64,000 bases of DNA from Acutalibacteraceae bacterium (lineage in GTDB: Bacteria; Bacillota; Clostridia; Oscillospirales; Acutalibacteraceae). The DNA lies in contig JAZQZO010000030.1 of NCBI GenBank assembly GCA_045634065.1, positions 3,808-67,807 on the forward strand, read 5' to 3'. Positions 7,664 through 14,968 of this stretch are shown in pieces (within the stretch, counting starts at the first letter, position 1; every line of letters begins with the position of its first letter). A program made the position numbers and the translations under genes. The notes beneath the pieces were generated by a model that was given only the letters and a program-made list of their open reading frames with translations, did not search any database and had not been told where the DNA came from.

Positions 7664-8315
7664 AGTCCATAAAACAGAAGATTACACGGTGATGAGCAAT
7701 ACTCATTTAAGAGATAAGAATATGTCCCTAAAGGCAAAAGGAATGTTATCTATGATGCTTGCATTACCACCTACATGGGATTATTCAATCAACGGTCTTG
7801 TTGCTATATGTAAAGAAGAAGCAACCGCTATCCGTTCAGCTCTTATCGAACTCGAAAAGCTCGGTTATCTGATCCGTGTACAGAAGCGAGATGAAAACGG
7901 TCATTTCGGTTACGAATACAACATATACGAAGAACCGCAGACGGATTCACCGCATACAGAAAATCCGCATACGGTAAAACCGCATACGGAAAACAGCAGA
8001 CAATTAAATACTGATAAATCAAGTACTGATATATCAATTACTGATGGATTAATTACTGATAATGATACTACTACAGCGGCGGACGGTGAAAACGAGCTGA
8101 AGCTCATCGGTGGCACCCTCGGTAGGGGCGTGGTAATGATGACCGATGCACAATTCGACCATCTTTGCGAAATCCTTTCCAAAGACGAGTTTGACACCTA
8201 TGTGGAAAGAATGGCAAACTTCATCCTCAAATGTGAAAAGAAAGACGGCAAAGCTCCTAATATCAGCCACTACAAAACCATCCTCAAATGGGTAGATGAG
8301 GACCGAGCTGTGTAA
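7650..8315 (+). CDS. Putative replication organizer/initiator (N-terminal winged-helix, repeat linker, DnaD-like C-terminus)
   Basis: MPTFKVHKTEDYTVMSNTHLRDKNMSLKAKGMLSMMLALPPTWDYSINGL... is typical of phage/plasmid replisome organizer N-termini. The gene lies next to the primase gene and has an internal iteron-like array. Confidence 0.55.
   Translation: MPTFKVHKTEDYTVMSNTHLRDKNMSLKAKGMLSMMLALPPTWDYSINGLVAICKEEATAIRSALIELEKLGYLIRVQKRDENGHFGYEYNIYEEPQTDSPHTENPHTVKPHTENSRQLNTDKSSTDISITDGLITDNDTTTAADGENELKLIGGTLGRGVVMMTDAQFDHLCEILSKDEFDTYVERMANFILKCEKKDGKAPNISHYKTILKWVDEDRAV
7934..8069. repeat. Two back-to-back arrays of 15-bp tandem repeats (iteron-like) inside the organizer gene
   Basis: First array: CCGCAgACGGattca, CCGCATACAGAAAAT, CCGCATACGGTAAAA and CCGCATACGGAAAAC (7934-7994). 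Second array: four copies of TACTGAT-N8 with a 15-bp period (8009-8069). Confidence 0.75.
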
Positions 8316-8559
8316 CCGCTTACTTTTTCTACAATATTCCCAATATACGAAACTGCGTAAAATTGCCGTTTTTGTAGAATGTTTTTTCTGATAGTGATAG
8401 AATGAGAGAAATAGAAAAAGCTCCCCTATGGTTTGGCGGCCTGACGGGAGCTTTTCAGAGAAAGGCACTGACAGTGTTGTACTGACAGCTTTTTTTAAAA
8501 TGTTTTCCTCATTATAGCACATCTTTAAGTGCCTTTCCAATGGGAAAGGAGAAAAAAAC

Positions 8560-9861
8560 ATGAATGTAGCAAAAAAACTTACACAAGCAACACATCATAT
8601 TTTGTTTCACCATAATCCGCAAAACAGTGACGGCTTCGTCACACTCTGTAAGAAAACAAAACAGGGTAAATTCCGTCAATATCATTACCGCCCTGAAGAG
8701 CTTGCAGAGCATCTTACTGAATGGATGGGAGAAGACATCTACTTTTCACAAAACACCTTCTACCGTCCGAACAGAAGCATTGAGAATATACGACAACTCA
8801 AGTCCCTTTATATCGACCTTGATTTTTATATATTCAACTATGACCCGTCCTGGATACTTGGTAAGCTCCAGGCTGAATACTTCAGAGAGAAAATTCCTGA
8901 GCCTAATCTGATTATTTTTTCGGGACAAGGCATCGTCTTGATATGGCTCATTGACCCTGTACCCTATAAAGCACTTCCGCTGTGGCAGGCAATACAGAAT
9001 TATTTGTTAAATCAGCTTGAAACACTTGGAGGCGATCCTCGTGCCATAGATGCTGCGAGAGTGTTCAGACTTGCAGGAACGGTCAACTCAAAGAATGACT
9101 CAGATGTCCGTGTTGAGTACTTACACGAACACCGATACGCTCTCAGGGATATTCAGTTTGATTATCTCCCGGAACTGAAGCCTTATGTGGAAAGAAAGAA
9201 CATACCAAAGACAAAGGGAAGAAAAAAGAAGGTTATTCACCTATTCAATATCTATTCACTTCATCACAACCGCTTACTTGATATTACTAAGTTAGTAGAG
9301 TTGAGGAATGGTGATGTAAAGGGTGTCAGAGAAACACTATGCTTCTTATATCGTTATTGGAGCTGTTGCTTCACCAATGACCCCTCAGAAGCCTTAGAAC
9401 AGACCTTGAATTTCAATAATACCTTTTCCGTTCCCCTTAAGAAAAAAGAAGTTGTGTCAGCTACTAAGTCCGCTGAGAAGGCATATGAAGCTCGCTCTAA
9501 TGATAAAGCAAACCAAATAGCCATAAGCAAGGGTTACCCCGGAGCAGGCTATAACATAAGTAATGCAAAGCTCATTAAATGGTTGGATATTTCCCCTGAA
9601 GAGCAACAGCAAATGTCCACTATTTTTGGACCAAAAGAGAAGAGAAGACGAAAGACCATCTATCAAAGAGATGTGTACCGAAGAAATAAAGGGATAGTTG
9701 AAAGGTCTGAATATCTTCAAAAAGAACAAGACAAAACGCTCACCAAATTAGATTTATTAAAACAGACTATGCAACAGTTCCCCGATTACTCAAATCGTAA
9801 ACTTGCTGCAGAAATGAATATTTCAGAAGCTTATATTCGTAAGCTGAAGAAGCTCCTATAG
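8560..9861 (+). CDS. AEP-superfamily primase/replication initiator-like protein with C-terminal HTH
   Basis: Motif order YIDLDFY (DxD), FSGQGIVLIW, RVFRLAGTVNSK. The C-terminus SNRKLAAEMNISEAYIRKLKK is HTH-like. Confidence 0.6.
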   Translation: MNVAKKLTQATHHILFHHNPQNSDGFVTLCKKTKQGKFRQYHYRPEELAEHLTEWMGEDIYFSQNTFYRPNRSIENIRQLKSLYIDLDFYIFNYDPSWILGKLQAEYFREKIPEPNLIIFSGQGIVLIWLIDPVPYKALPLWQAIQNYLLNQLETLGGDPRAIDAARVFRLAGTVNSKNDSDVRVEYLHEHRYALRDIQFDYLPELKPYVERKNIPKTKGRKKKVIHLFNIYSLHHNRLLDITKLVELRNGDVKGVRETLCFLYRYWSCCFTNDPSEALEQTLNFNNTFSVPLKKKEVVSATKSAEKAYEARSNDKANQIAISKGYPGAGYNISNAKLIKWLDISPEEQQQMSTIFGPKEKRRRKTIYQRDVYRRNKGIVERSEYLQKEQDKTLTKLDLLKQTMQQFPDYSNRKLAAEMNISEAYIRKLKKLL

Positions 9862-9882
9862 GTACAGGCTAAAGCCCATATA

Positions 9883-10021
9883 TAATATAAGGACTTCACA
9901 CCTGTACGCACCCCCAAAAACAAGGCATAGGGAGATTTATTCTTCCTTTGCTTCGTTTGTTTATCAACATCAGCAAGCAGACTTACAGTCCTAATATAAG
10001 GACTTCACACCTGTACGCACC
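9883..10021. repeat. Perfect 30-bp direct repeat, two copies 109 bp apart
   Basis: TAATATAAGGACTTCACACCTGTACGCACC at 9883-9912 and at 9992-10021, in the gap between the primase and recU. Confidence 0.9.
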
Positions 10022-10081
10022 TCTATAATTTAAGATGACAAAAGTGGGACACCTCAAAACAGAAAGGAATACAACCCCAAA

Positions 10082-10636
10082 ATGGAAAGAATGACAGTAT
10101 CAGAATACAAGAAGACTTTACTCCCGGACACACCGAGCAAGAAGGTACAGAACCAAATCAAGGGAGCAGTTAACAGAAGAAACGGACAGCTTTTTGAGGG
10201 GCTTATTCAGTCCTCTTGCGAAAAGTATTACATAGATGGCGTGGCATACATAGAGAAGACCCCCGAACCGATGAGACCTATATCAAAGCAGAATAAGAAC
10301 GGCTCATTTACCGCTGTCTTTGAAAAAATGGCTCAAGCGGATTATAAAGGAACTCTGAAAGGCGGCAGAGCAATAGGCTTTGAAGCTAAGCACACGGAAG
10401 CCGACAGAATTAAACGAGAAGCGGTCAGCAGTGAGCAGGAGAAGTGTCTCGACCGAATGATGGAGATGGGAGCGACCTGCTTTGTTCTCGTTAGTTTCAG
10501 TTTCAGAGACTTCTTCAGAGTACCCTGGGGAGTTTGGAAGAACATGAAGCCGATATACGGCCGTAAGTACCTCAAGCCGGAAGATATCGAGCAGTACAGA
10601 GTTGAATACGGAATGTATTTGAAGTTTTTAGGTTAA
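10082..10636 (+). CDS. recU: Holliday-junction resolvase RecU
   Basis: NRRNGQLFE..., DYKGTLKGGRAIGFEAKHT and EQEKCL...CFVLVSF match the RecU layout. Confidence 0.8.
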   Translation: MERMTVSEYKKTLLPDTPSKKVQNQIKGAVNRRNGQLFEGLIQSSCEKYYIDGVAYIEKTPEPMRPISKQNKNGSFTAVFEKMAQADYKGTLKGGRAIGFEAKHTEADRIKREAVSSEQEKCLDRMMEMGATCFVLVSFSFRDFFRVPWGVWKNMKPIYGRKYLKPEDIEQYRVEYGMYLKFLG

Positions 10637-10652
10637 TCAAGAAAGGCGTAGT

Positions 10653-11294
10653 ATGAAGTGTTTAGATTTATTCAGCGGTACCCGTTCCATAGCTCTTGCT
10701 TTTGAATCAGCAGGATGGGACACCTTTAGCATCGAGCTTGACAGGCGGTTTAAAGATATTGACCTGTATGCTGATGTAATGACAGTAACAGCAGAGGATA
10801 TTCTCCGTATGTTCGGACACCCGGATGTGATATGGGCATCGGTCCCCTGCGAATCATTCAGTGTAGCTTCGATCCCCCACTATTGGATGAAAGGCAGCAA
10901 CACCCCGAAAACGGAAAAGTCAAAAGCCGCTCTGAAGCTTCTTGAACACACCGTACAGCTCATCAAAGACTTATCCCCTACATACTACTTCATTGAGAAC
11001 CCAAGAGGTATGATGCGAAAAATGGAGTGCCTGAAAGACCTTCCCCGGTACACCGTCACTTATTGTCAGTACGGTGACTTCAGACAAAAGCCTACAGATA
11101 TATGGACAAACCATCCCGACCCACAATTTAAGCCTATGTGCCGACCTCATGCGGATTGCCACCAACCTGCGCCGAGAGGTACTTCAAGAGGCACACAAGG
11201 CATCAGAGGAACAATGGACCGAAGCCGTGTCCCGGATGAACTTTGCCACCACATCGTAAACATATGTGTTGACGGTATAAACAAATCCCTTTAA
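10653..11294 (+). CDS. Short DNA (cytosine-5) methyltransferase
   Basis: Motif I DLFSGTRS, motif IV SVPCESFS, motif VI FIENPRG. Only 213 aa. Confidence 0.65.
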   Translation: MKCLDLFSGTRSIALAFESAGWDTFSIELDRRFKDIDLYADVMTVTAEDILRMFGHPDVIWASVPCESFSVASIPHYWMKGSNTPKTEKSKAALKLLEHTVQLIKDLSPTYYFIENPRGMMRKMECLKDLPRYTVTYCQYGDFRQKPTDIWTNHPDPQFKPMCRPHADCHQPAPRGTSRGTQGIRGTMDRSRVPDELCHHIVNICVDGINKSL

Positions 11295-11375
11295 AATTAA
11301 ATACAGAAAGACAACAGAAATATGTTTATAATGTTTCTGTGTTGGGTACAGAATAGTGAAGGGAGAGGATTTATA

Positions 11376-11660
11376 ATGGCAAACAAAAAATATGCAGTTA
11401 CACTTTCAGCTCACGGCAACATCGACCACGGACAAAATCCATACGAACATCTTTACGGTGTATCTCCTGAAATGGGATATGCTGATACTATCGAGGAGCT
11501 TCAACAGATAGTGAGAGAGTACATCAGCGAGAATGCACTCGGTAGCGGTAATTGGACAGGCGGAGAAGTTTACGATGCAACAGAAGACTTGAAAATCGGA
11601 TACATTTCCTACAACGGTCGTTATTGGGAAGCAACCGATGCAGAGGGAGATGATGAGTGA
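11376..11660 (+). CDS. Hypothetical protein (paralog of the next gene)
   Basis: ATG 11376 follows GGGAGAGGATTTATA. KKYAV...YISYNGRYWE resembles YKYAV...ITYNGEYIP of the 11657 product. Confidence 0.5.
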   Translation: MANKKYAVTLSAHGNIDHGQNPYEHLYGVSPEMGYADTIEELQQIVREYISENALGSGNWTGGEVYDATEDLKIGYISYNGRYWEATDAEGDDE

Positions 11661-11920
11661 TGAGAGATTACAAATATGCAGTTGTTTGTTATCAGCCGAT
11701 AGACGAAGGCGAGATAACAGAAGCCAACCCGAGAATACAAGTGATTTACCACGCAGGAAATATTGAAACATTGGTTGAGGAAGTAAAGGACTATATAAAG
11801 ACATTTGAATTGACGGAAGAGGATTGGCGATGCGGTCAAGTGTTCAGTGTAGACGACTACAACACAATCCTCGGAAGAATCACCTACAACGGAGAATACA
11901 TCCCTACAAAGGCGGTTTAA
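11657..11920 (+). CDS. Hypothetical protein
   Basis: 87-aa ORF with GTGATGA overlap to the upstream gene. Confidence 0.5.
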   Translation: MMRDYKYAVVCYQPIDEGEITEANPRIQVIYHAGNIETLVEEVKDYIKTFELTEEDWRCGQVFSVDDYNTILGRITYNGEYIPTKAV

Positions 11921-11994
11921 ACACCGCCTTTTCTTTTCGGCATAATACACAGAAATATTACAGAATGTTTGTTGATATTTTTCTGTTATATCTC

Positions 11995-12023
11995 TTGCAA
12001 TTTTCCCATAAAAATGGTAATAT
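11995..12023 (+). promoter_or_regulatory. Early promoter (paralog of the 53308 promoter)
   Basis: TTGCAA, 17 nt ending in TGG, then TAATAT. The block TTTCCCATAAAAATGGTAATAT is nearly identical at 53316-53336. It is flanked by CACAGAAA motifs. Confidence 0.6.
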
Positions 12024-12063
12024 TTAAGCACAGAAAAAACACAGAAAGGAAACAGAAACAAAA

Positions 12064-12291
12064 ATGAACAACAAAGAAGCAAAACAAGCCGTTGAAGAGT
12101 ACGCCAAAATACAGGAGGCACAATACGGTTGCCCCCGATGCGGCAGAGAAATGAAAGAGAAGCTCCACACCAACGCACGGAGCAGACAGATAGACATTAT
12201 GGTCTGTGACCGCTGCGGAATGGAAGAGGCTTTGATAGCCGCCACAGGAAGACCACACCTGCCCTTTGAACAATGGGCGATAAACAGATAA
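12064..12291 (+). CDS. Zinc-ribbon protein
   Basis: CPRCG...CDRCG. It sits directly upstream of the DUF3846 gene, as is common on mobile elements. Confidence 0.55.
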   Translation: MNNKEAKQAVEEYAKIQEAQYGCPRCGREMKEKLHTNARSRQIDIMVCDRCGMEEALIAATGRPHLPFEQWAINR

Positions 12292-12304
12292 GGAGTGAAA
12301 GAAA

Positions 12305-12673
12305 ATGAAAGTTGTAATGGTAGAACCTAACGAAGAAGCAAAAATCATTGAAATTGACAAAACGCTCGAAAAGATGCAAGAGTTAGTCGGTGGATACATT
12401 GAAATGGGTATGCATTTTGAAGATGATGCCGTCATCGTAGGCAACGAAGAAGGAAAAATCAGCGGTATGCCGATGAACCGAGTAATTAAAAACAAGAACG
12501 GTGACATCATCGACGTTGTTTGCGGACCATTCTTCATCTGCTACGCACCGATTGAAAGCGAGGAATTCTTAAGCCTTTCCGATGAAATGGCTGAGAAGTA
12601 CAAAGAGATGTTCAAAACCCCTGAGATGTTCATCAAGACGGAGAACGGCATTGCCGTAATCCCGATGAAATAA
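12305..12673 (+). CDS. DUF3846-domain protein
   Basis: MKVVMVEPNEEAKIIEIDKTLEKMQELVGGYIE...GNEEGK...NR...GPFFIC pattern. Confidence 0.7.
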   Translation: MKVVMVEPNEEAKIIEIDKTLEKMQELVGGYIEMGMHFEDDAVIVGNEEGKISGMPMNRVIKNKNGDIIDVVCGPFFICYAPIESEEFLSLSDEMAEKYKEMFKTPEMFIKTENGIAVIPMK

Positions 12674-12815
12674 ACAAATAAATATTCCGCTGACCGTTTG
12701 CGGCTTTCCGTGTGTTCCCGTAAGACTTCGACTCAGAAGCAGGGCAGGACGAAAGAAAAAACGGTCTTTTTTTGTGCAAAAAAACAGGAAAAAACTGCGT
12801 ATAGCGAATATTCAG

Positions 12816-12858
12816 AACCCTATTGTAAGATTGAATTATCTGCAAATAGGGTTTTTCT
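12816..12858 (+). terminator. Intrinsic terminator-like hairpin
   Basis: AACCCTATT (12816-12824) pairs with AATAGGGTT (12845-12853) and is followed by TTTCT. Confidence 0.45.
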
Positions 12859-12895
12859 GCATTTAGGTCGCAAATATCCCCGAAAGGATGAGACT

Positions 12896-14794
12896 ATGAA
12901 CGACCAACCTCTTACAATGGGCAGTCTGTTTGACGGCTCGGGTGGCTTTCCCCTTGCTGCCTCGTTAAACGGTGTACAGCCTATATGGTCGAGTGAAATC
13001 GAACCATACCCCATTAAAGTAACCTCAAAGCGGTTCCCACACATGAAGCACTACGGGAACATCAATGAACTCAGCGGAAAAGAATTAGAGCCGGTAGACA
13101 TCATCACTTTCGGCAGTCCTTGTCAGGATATGAGTATGGCAGGGAAGCGGAGAGGGATGTTGAACACCTGCAGCAAATGCAAGGCAGAATACAAAATCAC
13201 AGCAGAAGAAGAAAAATGCCCTCAATGTGGAACAGACCTTGAGAAAACGAGGTCAGGTCTATTTGTAGAAGCAATACGCATCATCAAAGAAATGAGGGAA
13301 GCAACGAATGGAACACATCCGACCTTTATCATTTGGGAAAACGTATTCGGAGCCTACAGCTCAAACAAGGGAGAAGACTTCCGCACGGTCCTCGAAGAAA
13401 TCTGCTCCGTCACCGACAATTCCTTATCAATCCCTAAACCTGAAGACAATAAGTGGCTCAAAGCAGGAGAGGTCGTGGGAGACAATCACTCCATCGCCTG
13501 GCGAACACTCGATGCTCAATACTGGGGAGTCCCCCAACGCCGCCGTCGCATCTACCTTGTCGCAGATTTTAGAGGGCAACGTGCCACTGAAATATTATTT
13601 AAGTCCGCTGGCCTGCAGTGGAATACTGCGCCGAGCGGAGAGAAGAGGCAAAGAGCTGCCGCCGATCCTGAAGGAAGCCTTAGAAAAACAGGCACAGATA
13701 CCGAGCTGATATACGGCATCGGGAGAACGGCGTGGAGAAGCGGAGTGAACTTCCATTGTACGCCCACCATCACAGAGAACATCTCTCCCACACTTACCAC
13801 GGAAGAACCGCACGCTGTGGCATATAAGCAACAGCTCTATGAGAACCACAGCAATGACTCCCGCTACAACGGTCCCCTCGAGCTATCCCCGACACTTTCT
13901 GCACGGTTGGGAACAGGCGGAAACAATCAGCCATTTGTGGTGAATTGTATTCAAGGCTCTATGATAGGCAGAGCGGATAAACACGGACCACAGGGAAGCG
14001 GAATAAACGAAGATGTGTGCTTCACATTGAACACGGTTGACCGCCACGCTATTTCTGCTCTGATTGACCGTACACCTATTCCGTATGGCATATCCTCGTA
14101 TGACAGCAATGCGATGAAGTCAGAGAACCCACGCAGCGGTATATACAAAGCGGATACATCAAGAACACTCGACCAAAGCGGTGGAAATCCATCTTGTAAC
14201 CAGGGTGGCATAGCTGTGGTGTGTGTGGATATGGGCGGTGGGAAATCATCCTGTAATCTGACACACGAGCAATCCCCGACATTGACCTGCACACACGCAG
14301 GAGAGCCGGTAGTGTTACAGAACATAGTCTACTCTCTTGACCGAGCGGCTTACAATCAAGGGAAAAATGCTCAATTCGGCATCAGCATAGAAGAAGACAA
14401 GTCGCAGACGATTGTTGCAAAAGGTCCGAATGCTGTCGCACATCCCCACAAAGTTGTTGTGGCAGAAAGTAATGACAATTGTAATTACATTGTCCGCCGC
14501 TTGACTCCGCTCGAATGCGGCAGGCTTCAGGGTTTCCCGGATTGGTGGACAGCGGAAACTGAGACGGAGAACCCGACCGAGGAAGATATGGTCTTTTGGA
14601 GAGAAGTATTTGAGACTCATCGGAAGGTTGTCACAGGAGCCAAGAAGCCGAAGACAGACAATCAAATCCGTAAATGGTTGAAAGAGCCGGGCAAAGACGG
14701 AGCTATTTACAAGATGTGGGGCAACGGAATCGCCCTACCTTGCGCCTTTGCCGTGTTCAAAGGAATTACTCAAGTTTTTAAGAAAAACGGCTAA
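12896..14794 (+). CDS. Large DNA (cytosine-5) methyltransferase (mobile-element type) with a zinc-ribbon insertion
   Basis: Motifs: I LFDGSGGFPLA, IV GSPCQDMS, VI IWENVFGA, VIII QRRRRIYLVADF, IX RRLTPLECGRLQGFPDWW, X GNGIALPCA. CSKC...CPQCG is inserted after motif IV. ATG 12896 follows GAAAGGATGAG. Confidence 0.85.
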   Translation: MNDQPLTMGSLFDGSGGFPLAASLNGVQPIWSSEIEPYPIKVTSKRFPHMKHYGNINELSGKELEPVDIITFGSPCQDMSMAGKRRGMLNTCSKCKAEYKITAEEEKCPQCGTDLEKTRSGLFVEAIRIIKEMREATNGTHPTFIIWENVFGAYSSNKGEDFRTVLEEICSVTDNSLSIPKPEDNKWLKAGEVVGDNHSIAWRTLDAQYWGVPQRRRRIYLVADFRGQRATEILFKSAGLQWNTAPSGEKRQRAAADPEGSLRKTGTDTELIYGIGRTAWRSGVNFHCTPTITENISPTLTTEEPHAVAYKQQLYENHSNDSRYNGPLELSPTLSARLGTGGNNQPFVVNCIQGSMIGRADKHGPQGSGINEDVCFTLNTVDRHAISALIDRTPIPYGISSYDSNAMKSENPRSGIYKADTSRTLDQSGGNPSCNQGGIAVVCVDMGGGKSSCNLTHEQSPTLTCTHAGEPVVLQNIVYSLDRAAYNQGKNAQFGISIEEDKSQTIVAKGPNAVAHPHKVVVAESNDNCNYIVRRLTPLECGRLQGFPDWWTAETETENPTEEDMVFWREVFETHRKVVTGAKKPKTDNQIRKWLKEPGKDGAIYKMWGNGIALPCAFAVFKGITQVFKKNG

Positions 14795-14862
14795 AAAACG
14801 GAAATTTGCCAACAAAAACGCATCATTTTTGCAGAAAAATAACGGAAAAGTCCCATAAGGTG

Positions 14863-14891
14863 TTGAATTTCTTAAAAAATCTCAATATAAT
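14863..14891 (+). promoter_or_regulatory. Promoter upstream of the ParB-methyltransferase gene
   Basis: TTGAAT, 17 nt, TATAAT. It is bracketed by the 10-bp inverted repeat GGAAAAGTCC (14844-14853) / GGACTTTTCC (14922-14931). Confidence 0.55.
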
Positions 14892-14968
14892 TGAATTATG
14901 AGATATTTACATACCTATAGCGGACTTTTCCTGGAATAACATTCCCGTTACGAAAGGAGAGTTCACCC

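Noticed and set aside
8049-8561. 170-aa minus-strand ORF spanning the organizer 3' end and the gap before the primase gene. The similar long antisense ORFs are 11621..12178, 11986..12537, 53221..53463 and 53405..53884.
   Set aside because: They have no RBS and Cys/Phe/Leu-rich junk-like composition. They run antisense to well-supported + strand genes, promoters and small ORFs (53396, 53579), and the AT-rich intergenic sequence keeps them open by chance.
9883-10021. Possible mini-CRISPR array (30-bp repeats with a ~79-bp spacer).
   Set aside because: There are only two copies, the spacer is too long, and I saw no cas genes or leader-like context.
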